From Emiliania huxleyi CCMP1516 (taxonomy: Eukaryota): 64,000 bases of DNA. This document shows positions 34,454 through 45,374 of this stretch, piece by piece. Under the pieces are notes generated by a model. It was given only the letters and a program-made list of their open reading frames with translations. It was not told where the DNA came from and made no database searches. The DNA is taken from assembly GCF_000372725.1 (NCBI RefSeq), contig NW_005202368.1, forward strand, positions 356,293 to 420,292, given 5' to 3'. The first letter of the stretch is position 1; every line of letters begins with the position of its first letter. The position numbers and the translations under genes were made by a program.

Positions 34454-36305
34454 GTGCGGTGCGGTGTCAGTACCAGGTGCAACATTGAGAATTCTTGCCT
34501 TGCCCTTGGAAGCGCTTGCACATTCCGCAAGTCCTTTGAGAGCATTGCTCGCGCCGACGCCTCGCCCCAGGCGCTCCGCGACCTCGCGTGGCTCCAGGCA
34601 CAGCTGCCGACCGAGATGGGCGGGTGCAACATCGATACCGCCTTCTCGCGAGCCGACAGCGACTTCTCCATGTCGCTCCTCAAGAACTGGCGCACCCTCG
34701 TCGCCCACAACCCCGACTTCGCCCTCGACGAGGCAGGTGCGTCCAAGTACCCCGCCATCGCCGCAGCTATCGCCACCTACGAGTCCGCCCTCTCGGACTG
34801 GAAGGAGGTGTGCGAGAAGCGCACCGCCCGCGACAAAAACAAGTACTACACCGTCCGCGGCGGCTACCTGACTGAGTTCTACCCCAAGAGCGTCCCGCTC
34901 CCCGAGCCCGAGTCCCTTCCAGCTACCGACGCGATTCTCAATGGCACTTGCAAATCCACGTACCCGCGGCCGCGGGCGCTCGCTGCCATCAAGAATCACA
35001 AGGACTGGTTCGCGCACCAGGAGCTCGTCAAGGCGCGGGATGTACACGTCAAGAACTACCCGTCCCTATGACGATCGGCCGTCGATCCCGAAGGGTCGTC
35101 GGTTGAGCTAGGGAGCCTGGCGATGGACGCCACCGCGACCCCTCGTGGCATCTCTCTCGCCGTCGGCGAGCTGGGGGCTCGCGGACGGCCGACTTTCTAT
35201 ATGACCAGTAGGACAGCCGTGAGTGTGAATCAGATAAGGAGTTTGCGTCCGTCCACCGTCTTCGTGGACGTCTGTCCTCGTGACACCCACACCCCACACG
35301 GCCTGTCTTGCTTAGCGCCGTCAACAACCGCGAAGCCGCGCGCCTCGTCTCCGCCTCATTAACAACGCCTTTCGCCGGCAAGGCCTTCGATGTCCGTGTC
35401 GACGGTACGTACGCTACCGCCCTCTCCTCCGACACCCTCCAGGACGAGCTCCAGCGGAAGCTCGGCCTTTGGCTCTCCGCGGCGCTTCCCACCCTTCGGG
35501 TCGCGCTCGAGCGGGGCATGCCAGTCGATTTCTTCGGCGACTACCTTTACAACAAGGCCCACCACCGGCGGCCCCACGACGGCGTCCTCGCCGCCTGAGC
35601 GGACGCGATGCGCGCCCCGGCCAACGCGCCGGTCGTGCACGGCGACAAGGAGAAACCAGAGCTCACCCGGCAGTACAATGAGGGGTACAAGACTGACCTC
35701 GCAGAACCCCACGCTGGCCCGGGAGGATGCGATGAAGTAAATGAGATCAAGCTCTGGACGCCCCTCCTCAAGACCTCCTCGACGGGCGTTGGCAACGCCT
35801 CGAGTGGCGGCACGCCCGCCTCCGTCGGCCACTCCTACGCCTTCGGCAACACCGAGGAGAAGGCCCGCCGCCTGAACATGGGCTGCAAGGCGCGCGGGCA
35901 GCCCAGCCAACCCTTCTCCCACAAGACCGGCCACGGCTACGTCAAGGCGCATCGCGGTTTCTACCACGACGCGATCTTTGTCAAGCGCAACAACTTCAAC
36001 CTGCTGCTCCACGAGACGTTCGGCGGCGGCTTCTCGCCCACCGCCGTTCTCAAGCTGCGCCGCCTCGCGCGCAAAGTCGCGCGCGGCAGCGTTGACCGCA
36101 CGGCCTACTCGCCCAAGTACTCGCTTTCTTTTATGTCCCACCATGCAGAGCGCATCTCTCTCTCTGTTGTGCGAGGCGTGAACCGCGCCATTCGCTCTCA
36201 CCTGGCAACCCTGTCTGCACGTCTCGCGCGCGCGTGAACAGGGCTCCAGGCCCCAAATTACGTGTGAGTGTTAGAGTTGTTTGGTATTGCTAAAAATCTC
36301 TCTCA
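34454..36305 (+). mobile_element. 5'-truncated, degenerate CRE-type non-LTR retrotransposon (post-RT region plus restriction-like endonuclease)
   Basis: QAQLPTEMGG, LQRKLGL, DFFGD..RPHDGV, TDL..EIK, LLHETFGGGFSPTA..LRRLAR and ERISLSVVRG resemble motifs of RLE-bearing CRE elements; in-frame TGA at 35596-35598 and a broken frame near 35070-35300. Confidence 0.7.
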
Positions 36306-37144
36306 CATTCCCACATCTGTGGAGTACATGACGCGGTACACGCCCCGCTCCTTCAGCCAGATCCATGGCACCAACTCAACGAACTGGTAAGCTATGCTCA
36401 CAAAAAAGTCTCCTGGTTGAACGGATGTGTTCAGCTCAATCAAGCACTCGGACCGACCAGTTAGCCGCTGTAAAACCAACAGACACTGCACTCCAAGTGC
36501 TCCAAGACAGGGTGCGCGTGGCTGCCATACAAGGAGACGAGCACACTCGGCCTACCGCCGCTGCAACCAATGGATGCCGGAGAGGGTGACGAGCATGAAG
36601 ATGGAGAGGAAAGTGGTGGAGAGGAAAGTGGTGGAGAGGACGAGGACGAAGGAGAGGAGGACGGCGTTGTCGCAGCATCATGACGTTAATGTTGTCAGAG
36701 GCGAGAGGGTCGCGAGGGAGCGCGTCATCTTATCTGTAGTCGGTCTGAGTCGAGTCCTCCCTTTTGCGTAGCAACACCCATATCGCATTTGAGAAAGAGC
36801 CAATGGCCGACGCTTGCGCGTGCCTCGCCTCCCACACTCTAGGGGGTTTGGGGGAGCGAGAAGCGTCCCCCATGAGAGATAGATAGGCCGACCGTCCACG
36901 TCCACGTCCATCACTTCACTCTGGCGCTCTCTTCTTTTAAAACGCAGCTTTTTTTTTTGCCCGCCCGAAAATCCGAGCGCCTGACCCGTGAGACCCTGTA
37001 CACCTTTCAGCCTGTAGTGTGTGCGGAAAATAGCGTTATACACATCCACTGGGACGAGTCAATTCATTCACTAGAATGACTAGAAGGGGCACCCATGTGG
37101 TGCGGTGATCGTACCCGGGCTTCTATGACGGACATGACTAACTG

Positions 37145-38722
37145 CTAGGCGTCCTCGTTGAGCGCCACGACCAGATTGGCCTGCCACTCATCCAGGATAG
37201 TCGCATTGGTCATTCCGTCCCGCGGCACATCCAAGTCCACAAAAGCTGGTGACGTCCACGCGTCGAGCGCTGCGTCATCACCCTTGGCTACGCCCACAAT
37301 GACATCATGGACTTGCCCGACGATCACCTCAAATCCGTGACGCACACCTGGCAGTTTGTAGACCTTGACCGTGCTCTTCCAACGCTCGCAGACAGACAGG
37401 CTCTCCGAATGGACCGTCCCGTCGCCATCTCCGATTTCGACCGAAGCTCCGATGTCTGCGAAGACCCCCCCTGCGGGGAAAGTGAGGTGGGAAAAGGTTC
37501 GCACGTTATGGCTGTAAATGCAGTGCGTCGGGACACCAGGATCTTCGGTCGTCCCGACGGACAAGGCATATTTCATCCGCTCCGCCTCGTCGTGCATGAG
37601 CAGCCTCCTGAACAGAGATGGCAGACCGGAAGCTTTGATCTCTTCTGGCTGCGCCCATGGCCCATGTTGGAGCGTGACGTAGCTTCTGTCGGGTATGGAG
37701 TCGTCCACGCCCGGCGACATCCAGTACAAGGATGGAAACTCGCGGAGGAGCCGCGTGATATCCGTGACGAGCCAATCCATGAGCAGCTCCTTCAGTACAG
37801 CCCCAAACCCATCCACGACTTTCATCACAAATTGTTCCTCGCTCACCTGCTCGGCCAAAGGTGGGTCGCACAAGGGGCACGTGAACTTGGCAGCGCCTGG
37901 CTGGCCCGGGGACGCGAAATCAAAGACAACGCCGCCCATCAGTGCGGATAGGGCATTAACTGCGCCATTGAACGGGCCTGCGACCGGCACGAAGGCGTGC
38001 ACGTTCTTTTGCACCCAACTCTTGCCCCCGCGCTTTGCGTTTGCCCATTTCAGGAACGCGTGCGTGAACGGAGCCGCCATCGAAACACCAGTCAGCACAA
38101 CCGGCTGACCATTCCTCGACACCGCGTCTGAGATTGTCCTGAAGAAGCGAGGAAAGGCTTCTTGCTCCCAGTCGGCTACGCTCAACCGCCAGTCGTAGCC
38201 CATCGGGAGGATATCGACGTCTCTGACAAACCCTTCGGATTCCAGCCGTTGGGTTAGGTTGCCGTACACATCAATTCCGAAAAACGTCAAGCCATCCCAA
38301 CCCTCGGCAACCCTCACCTGGACATGCTCCGGAGACTTGGTGCGGTTCGTCGTAGGGTCGAAGGTGAGTCCCAGCTGCGCGTGGGAGCTGTGCAACGCAC
38401 ACGCTGCGGCAAACTTGTCCAAGTTCACCCACGCCGTCGTCCACGTTGGCGTCCACGGACTGCACGGGTTGAGCCATCGCGCATCGTTGACTTGCAGCGT
38501 CTGTCCTAGCAGTGGCCCTACGAGCACCACTGGGTGGCGAACGCTGCTGTCCCTTGTCGTGCCGGCGGGCTGGCGCTCGGCGACGAAGGCAAGCCGGTCG
38601 GTGTCGCGCTTGGCGAAGGAGCCGTGGCGAAGTGTCGCGCCGAGCGCGAGAAGGGCGACGCCGAGCACGAACAGTTGGACCGTCGACGGAAACTGGCGGG
38701 ATCGCAGCGGTGGGTCCAGCAT
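37145..38722 (-). CDS. LCAT / lysosomal phospholipase A2 (PLA2G15)-like acyltransferase with N-terminal hydrophobic anchor, intronless
   Basis: 525 aa ORF; PVVLVG..L, MGYDWRLS, nucleophile elbow VVLTGVSMA, GDGDGTVH..SL and a downstream His (VRHG). Confidence 0.85.
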   Translation of the reverse strand: MLDPPLRSRQFPSTVQLFVLGVALLALGATLRHGSFAKRDTDRLAFVAERQPAGTTRDSSVRHPVVLVGPLLGQTLQVNDARWLNPCSPWTPTWTTAWVNLDKFAAACALHSSHAQLGLTFDPTTNRTKSPEHVQVRVAEGWDGLTFFGIDVYGNLTQRLESEGFVRDVDILPMGYDWRLSVADWEQEAFPRFFRTISDAVSRNGQPVVLTGVSMAAPFTHAFLKWANAKRGGKSWVQKNVHAFVPVAGPFNGAVNALSALMGGVVFDFASPGQPGAAKFTCPLCDPPLAEQVSEEQFVMKVVDGFGAVLKELLMDWLVTDITRLLREFPSLYWMSPGVDDSIPDRSYVTLQHGPWAQPEEIKASGLPSLFRRLLMHDEAERMKYALSVGTTEDPGVPTHCIYSHNVRTFSHLTFPAGGVFADIGASVEIGDGDGTVHSESLSVCERWKSTVKVYKLPGVRHGFEVIVGQVHDVIVGVAKGDDAALDAWTSPAFVDLDVPRDGMTNATILDEWQANLVVALNEDA

Positions 38723-38842
38723 CAGCCGCTACGAAGGAAAGCACGAGCGCCGAAGGTCAGCGCTCAGCGCGGCGCCCACGCCGCCGCGTGGGGCCCAAGG
38801 CCGCCCGCCTAAATTCGAGAGAAAAAGAATTTAAACAGCACA

Positions 38843-39088
38843 CATGTCAGTTCGACGTGTGAATAGCCTCGAGCAATTAATAATTAGATGAGGACGTGTC
38901 AGTTCGACGACGACGTGTGAATAGCCACGACCAATTAATAATTAGATGAGGACATGTCAATCCGACGACGACGCGTGAATAGCCTCGAGCAATTAATAAT
39001 TAGATGAGGACCTGTCAGTTCGACGTGTCAGTTCGACGTGTGAATAGCCTCGAGCAATTAACAATTAGATGAGGACATGTCAATCCGA
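38843..39088. repeat. AT-rich ~58 bp tandem repeat (4 units) between divergent genes
   Basis: GTGAATAGCCTCGAGCAATTAATAATTAGATGAGGAC (with minor variants) at ~38859, 38917, 38975 and 39040. Confidence 0.92.
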
Positions 39089-39362
39089 GTGTCGTGCGAG
39101 GGAGTTTGCTTGTAAAATTCTTTTCCATTCAAAGAATTTTGAAGTGCCCCAAACCGTCCCAGATTGTGTACCCCGCCGCCTTTGACAAATGCTCACCGCG
39201 CTGACCGCTACAGCAGCGCCGGCGCCACGCCGCCTCGAGGCTTACGCTTAAGGTCTCCGGGAGCTCCGCGTGCCGGGTTGTAGTACAATACAAGAAAATG
39301 GCCGAGATTCCGAAATTCTTGTTCTCAGCGCCGATCCATCTGGTTAAATTCTTTTTCTCGCG

Positions 39363-40807
39363 ATGACTGCCCTCGGCGCCGCTCGCGCCGCCTCGCCTCC
39401 TCCTCCACCGCCTCGCCTCACACACCGCCGCCCGCCCGCCTCCTCGACCTGCCCTCGGAGCTCCTCGAGCGCGTCCTCTCTCGCTGCGACAGCCCCCTCG
39501 AAATCGCCCGCGTCGCGGCTGTCTCGCTCCTCTTTCACGCCTCGCTTGCGGAGGAGGGCATCCGCTTGTGGGCGCAGCTGCGCGGCTTCGAGCTGCCGGC
39601 GCTGCCAGAGGGCGAGAGCTGCGCCGTGCGGTGGGTGTGCTTCGCGGCGCTGCTGCGCGAGTCCAACCCGCCGGCGAGGCTTGCGGCGGGCGCACGGCAC
39701 AGCATCTTCATCGACGGCGAGGGGCGGCTCTCGTCGTGCGGCAAGGCTGAGAGCTGGCAGCCAGGCCTCCTCGGCCACGGCGAGGGCGTGACGCGGCTCA
39801 ACACGCCGACCCGCCTCCCTTCTCCGCTGGGCGGCGAGCGTGCCGTGAGCGTGGCGGCTGGAGCATACCACAGCCTCGCCCTCGCCGCTGACGGCAGTGT
39901 CTGGAGCTGGGGCGATGGTCTCCACGGCCGGCTTGGCCACGGCTATGCGGCCCAGTGGCAGCCGAAGAAGATCGAGGCATTTGCTGGCCAGCGCGTCGTC
40001 GCTGTGTCGGCTGGAGGCGAACACAGCCTCGCCCTCTCCGCCGACGGTGCTGTCTGGAGCTGGGGTTGGGGAGGCTTTGGCCGGTTGGGCCACGGCGACG
40101 ACGAGCAGCGCCAGCCGCTGCCGAAGAAGGTCGAGGCCTTGATTGGCCAGCGCGTCGTTGCTGTGTCGGCGGGAGGTCTGCACAGCTTCGCCATCACCGC
40201 CGACGGTGCCGTCTGGAGCTGGGGCTGCGGTCTCCACGGCCAGTTGGGCCACGGCGACCAGCAGAACCAGCTGCTGCCCAAGAAGATCGAGGCCTTTGCT
40301 GACCAGCGAGTCGTCGCTGTGTCGGCTGGAGCCTACCACAGCCTCGCCCTCACCGCCGACGGCGCCGTCTGGAGCTGGGGCTGGGGCGACGACGGCGATA
40401 CGCGCTTTGGCAAGTTGGGCCACGGCGACCAGCAGAACCAGCTGCTGCCGAAGAAGGTCGAGGCCTTGGCTGGCCAGCGCGTCGTCGCTGTGTCTGCTGG
40501 AGGCGACCACAGCCTCGCCCTCGCCGCCAACGGCGCCGTCTGGAGCTGCGGCGATGGAGCTTTTGGCCAGCTGGGCCACGGTGATGAGCAGCGCCAGCTG
40601 CAGCCCAAGAAGGTCGAGGCCTTTGCTGGCCGGCGCGTCCTCGCTGTGTCGGCTTCGATCGGCGGCCATAGCCTCGCCCTCATGGCCGACGGCGATGACT
40701 TTTTTGCCTGGGGCGAGGGCGAGCACGGCTGCCTAGGCTACGGAGAGGACCTGTCAAACCAGCTGCTGCCCAAGAAGATCGAGGCGTGGGCGCCGGCGCA
40801 GGAATGA
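39363..40807 (+). pseudogene. Second F-box-like + RCC1-repeat gene, with a frameshift just after the homologous ATG
   Basis: Paralog of 6938-8404 (LLDLPSELLERVLSRC.., RCC1 repeats, ..NQLLPKKIEAWAP). The ATG at 39363 is out of frame with the F-box/RCC1 frame, which has no ATG between the TAG at 39281 and the repeats. Confidence 0.75.
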
Positions 40808-41136
40808 GGTCAATGATGGCAAAAAGAAAACGCGCGCGCGTGACTGAATTGCAACAATGTGTGAGTGTTACAGTTGTTTGGTATTGGCTATTGCGGATCT
40901 TACCCCACCTGTGTACGATATTGCTAAAAATCTCTCTCAATTGGGTGCGGTCCGCTCTGCTTGGCCGCTCGTCGTAGTACATCCATTGACAACGCAATGC
41001 TCCAGCCAGGGGGGGGGTGGGGCTGGGATCCTCCCTACCTCGAACAAACTCACCCAATCGTTTCATTGCCAAAAAAGGCGCCCGCCAATTGCGGCGGGCG
41101 ACGGAGAAACCGGGGGCAGCCTCGAGGCCAACAGAT

Positions 41137-43520
41137 ATGGCGCCCACGAAACCCGCCGCACCTCAGCCCAACCCGCAGTACGTGAAGAAGCTTCGGCTGC
41201 ACCACCAGCGTACGGGCGAGACCAAGCTGCCCGTGCCCGCCGTCGGCGACGACAGGGGCGGCAGCTTCATTACCGCCGCGCCTTGCTGGCCGTGCTCGAC
41301 CAACAAGACGCATCCGGAGGAGGAGGCCAAGGGCCGCGGCCTCTTCACCCGCTTTTACGGACCGGTCCGCGGCGATTGGTCGCAGGTTGGAGAGACCATT
41401 GGCGGCGCCGTCTGCGCCGACGGCTTCGGCAACAGCATCGCCATGAGCGCGGACGGCCAGCGCTGCGTCGTCGGCACCCAGGGCAAGGTGCGCGTGCTCC
41501 AGCTCAAGGACGGCGACTGGTGCGAGCTGGGCAATGAGCTCACAGGGCCCGGGGAGTACGGGCGCAGCGTCGCCCTCAACGGCGACGGCTCGATCCTGGC
41601 CATCGGCGCACCGAGCACTGAGGGCGGCAACGCCAACGAGACGGCCGGCGCGGTCTATGTCTACAAGCTCGCCGAGTCCAACGAGTGGGAGCAGGTCGCC
41701 GAGCTTCAGCCGCAGCAGGCGGGCGCCAAGACGAAGCGCAAGTCACGGACCACCGTCGTGGAAGCCCTCAACGCCTCCTTTGGCTTCAGCGTCTCGCTCA
41801 GCAGCGATGGCAAGCGCCTCGCCGCCTCCAGCCCCGATGAGGGCGGCGGCGTCGTGCGCATCTACGAAGAAGTGGAGCGCGTGTGGTCGATCGCGACGAC
41901 GCTCGATGGGGCTGGAGAGCCCTTCGATGTCGTCCATGGAGACCGTTTCGGCCACCAGGTCGCCCTCTCCGCCGACGGCGACGTCCTCGCCGCTGGCGCG
42001 CCCATGCACGGCGACGGCGCCGGCATGGTGGCGGTGTACGAGCGCGTGTGCTCCGCCGACGAGGGGGAGGGGAAGCCCGAGTGGACGCCCAAGGGCGAGG
42101 GCATCTTTGGCCGCGTGCAAACCGCCATCGCCGACCCGTGCAACCCATACGACAAGACGACCATCGTCGACAACCTCGGCTGGAGCGTCGCCCTCTCTGG
42201 CAACGGCTCGCGCCTCGCCGCCGGCGCACCGAACGCGGTGTCGGTCTTTGAGGAGTGTGGGGAAGTCTACAAGGCGACGCCCGCTTGGGCTGCGGAGAAC
42301 CAAACCTTTGACGGCATCGCGACGGCCGGGTACGTCGAAGTGCTTGAGATGGAGCGCGACCAGTGGCGCCGGGTGGGCGGCCTGATTATCGGCGACGGCT
42401 CTGCCGACAACGTCCAGGTGGGCACCTCGGTCGCCCTGAGCGACGACGGCGAGATCGTCGCCGTTGGCGCGCCGAACAACGGGCCGACCGGCAGCCCCAT
42501 CAACGGCACGCGCGCGGCGGCGATGGCGTACAAGGTGCAGGACAGGGCACCACCGACCACCAGCCGCATCGGCCGGGCGGGCCCGACCTCGGCCGAGCCC
42601 AACATCTGCAAGCGGGCTGCCATCTGGCTGCAAGACCACGTCTTCTGGATCTGGGCTGGCGGCGAGTACGGCGAGTACGGCCTTCTATCGGCGCGTGCTG
42701 CGTGCCGACAGCGTCCCAGACTCTCCCGCACCTCTGAACCCCCCCCCCCCCCCAGGCCAACCTCGCGCCGGCCGGCAAGGAGGTTGCCTTCACCTCGCTG
42801 CTCGCGCCGGGCAGCGGGCTGTGGCGGGGCGCCTTCTTCCGCAACGTCGGCGGCGAGTACGCGGATGCCGAGCCGAACCAGTTCGGCAAGGTTTGCGACA
42901 CGCTGGGCAAGTACGTCGGCTCGGTCAAGGTTTTCGGGGTGCGTCTGCCGAGAGGGCACCGCCAGCCCGAGTGCGCGGCACGTGACTCACACCCCTCTCT
43001 CAATCCCGTGTAGGCCTGCGGCCGGAACAACGGCCTCGTCGAGGTTCAGGCCGGGCCTAAGTGCTGGCCGATTGCCTACGTGGCGGTGATGAAGCCCGGC
43101 TTTGGCCTCGCATACGTGCAGGCCGGCGGCAAGGTGGAGGAGCCTCCGACGTTCCCCAAGGGCCCCCTCACCCCGCCGCCGGACCCGCCCCCGCCTCCGC
43201 CTCCGCCTCCGCCTCCGCCTCCGCCTCCGCCTCCGCCTCCGCCTCCGCCTCCGCCTCCACCTCCGCCGCCGCCACCGCCTCCGCCACCGCCTCCGCCACC
43301 GCCTCCGCCACCGCCTCCGCCACCGCCTCCGCCGCCTCCGATGCGCAACAAGCTTTGGATGCAGATGGGCAAGCAGGAGGGAATCCACTCGACCGACGCC
43401 TCGCGCTGGCGCTGGGGTGGCAGCGTTAGCCTCAGCGGCGACGGCATGTCGCTGCTGGTCGGCACCGCCGGCGACGCCGCCGCCCCCGAGGCCGCGTCGT
43501 TCAAGTACACGCCGCCTTGA
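41137..43520 (+). CDS. FG-GAP-like repeat (integrin-alpha-type beta-propeller) protein with a long polyproline insert; about two introns near 42690-42755 and 42940-43013
   Basis: Repeats FGNSIAMSADG, YGRSVALNGDGSILAIGAP, FGFSVSLSSDG, FGHQVALSADGDVLAAGAP, LGWSVALSGNG, VGTSVALSDDG, WGGSVSLSGDG; poly-Pro at 43185-43340. Confidence 0.75.
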
Positions 43521-44070
43521 GGAACCACTATCAGATCGGTGGCCGTGCATCCTTGCGCCGCGCGGGGATCCGGGCATATACATGAGATGACGAGAGCTGC
43601 GCCGAGCGTATGCGGACATCGCCGGATGGCGAGGCGCTGGCCGCTGCTCTACAGGTGTGCAACGTGGTTCTGTTTGGCTCGGCCGCCATGGGAGGGGGGG
43701 GGGGGGTCGCGTGTCGCGGACCGCGGTGCTTGGGCTCAAGCTCTTGCTCCCTCGCCCCCCCGGGCCCTGTCCCGCTGCGACGTGCGAGCGTCGAACGAGC
43801 GCTGTGGCGGCCTGGTGCCACGTGTGCGCGCACACGCACGCACGTCTCCACCCCTGGGCAACGCACGTGGACTCGTGGACGTGCGTAATGTGGCGGCTAT
43901 CTCGGGAGATTATCTGGCGGGCCTCATGGTCCTCCCCCCGTAGTCGGGCCGCGGCTCAGGGCTCTTCTGATATATAAATCACAGTGTGTCGTGTGTGCGA
44001 AGGCCGGACTCAATCTCTGATATATGAAGAGGGACACGGACATACGCCAGACAGTGGCGACCAGTGGGCC

Positions 44071-45157
44071 CAAGGACTCTCACGCCCCCCCCCTTTGGGA
44101 GGTTCCCCGGAGGGAGGTTCGTGTCATGAGAGAAGATACACTCCTCCGTGTATCTAGACGGGCGGAAGATACACTGAAGATACACTTATGCGAAGATACA
44201 CGGCCCGGCCCAAACGAAGAGGTGTATCTTCATACGAAGATACACCGCGGCCCAAACGAAGAGGTGTATCTTGACGGACCGCGTTCATAGTGAAGATACA
44301 CGTAAGCGGGAGCGGCAGTTGCTCATGCCGCTGGAGGGGCTCGGCCCGCCCTTTGAGGGCCCCAATGGCATCATGTTCCGCGCCGGCTTCTGGAAGGGCA
44401 AGCCCGTGGTTCTCCGCATGTCGTCCGCGTCCAGCACCGGCTACGAGAACGTGTTCAAGCAGGGCGGCAGCAAGAAGCGCAACCGTCCCTATGTCGCCAA
44501 GTTCAAGCGGGTCGGCGAGAAGACTCAGCGCCACCTGCCCGACTCGAACAGCGCGACAGCCGAGGAGGCGGCCGCCAAGCTGGCCTACCACCACGAGTAC
44601 GGGTCGGAGCTGCCGCCGCCTGCAGCTCGCCAGCCTCGCCGCTCCCCGGAGGTGCGCTCCTGAGCCCGCACCCATCCTGGCTGCGCTCAGTCCTCCTTCC
44701 CTGGGCTGTAGGAGATGGCGGCAGAGCGGGCGGTCAAGGAGGCGCGCAAGCAGGCCAGGCGGCCGCAGAGGCCGCCGCTCACGCCCGCGCCGGCGCAGCC
44801 TCCACAGTCTCCTCTCACGGGTCCCGGCGTGCCGTGTGTGCCGGTAGTCCCTCTCCCCATGGGCTACCGCCCCCTCCCCTCGGAGCCAGTCATCCCTGTG
44901 GGCCCTGTGGGTGAGCCCCAGCCAGGCCAGTGCCAGCACTCGTGGGACCCGGCCACCTGCGCCCTGTGCAACTGGTCCGCCTGGGGCGCCCGGCGCTGAG
45001 ATGTACACTCAAGATACACTCGAAGATACACTTCGAAGATACACCGGTGGAATGTTATAAAGTGTATCTTTGAAAATGTATAGTCAAGTGTATCTTTGGC
45101 TATCACTCGAACTTTGGACAAGGGAATCGCCAGAAGAGGGGGGCGTGAGAGTCCTTG
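44071..45157 (+). mobile_element. 1087 bp non-autonomous DNA transposon (P- or hAT-like): 20 bp perfect TIRs, 8 bp TSD, subterminal GAAGATACAC arrays
   Basis: TIR CAAGGACTCTCACGCCCCCC at 44071-44090, reverse complement at 45138-45157; AGTGGGCC at 44063-44070 and 45158-45165. Confidence 0.92.
44325..44999 (+). CDS. AP2-like DNA-binding domain protein (~204 aa, 2 exons) inside the transposon
   Basis: ATG at 44325; SSTGYENV..RPYVAKF..RHL..SATAEEAAAKLAY resembles AP2/ERF; phase-0 GT-AG intron 44652-44711; Pro-rich exon 2 ends CQHSWDPATCALCNWSAWGARR*. Confidence 0.65.
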
Positions 45158-45374
45158 AGTGGGCCCTCCATGGGGCGACAACCGACACTCAAGCGCGAGC
45201 GCCGAGCCACCAAGACAGTTGTAGACACCGCGTCCCGTGGGCACGCGGCTGCGTGCCGCCGCGGCGTGCCGAGAGAGCCGGCAGGGGCTCCAACAGCAGG
45301 GGAGGGAGGGAGGGCGGCGGGGAGGCGGCGTGCGGCGTGGGGCGCGCCCCACGCCGCGCGCGTTGCGCGCCGAC

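Noticed and set aside
38843..39088. Possible CRISPR array
   Set aside because: Intervening sequences are homologous rather than unique spacers; it is a tandem repeat.
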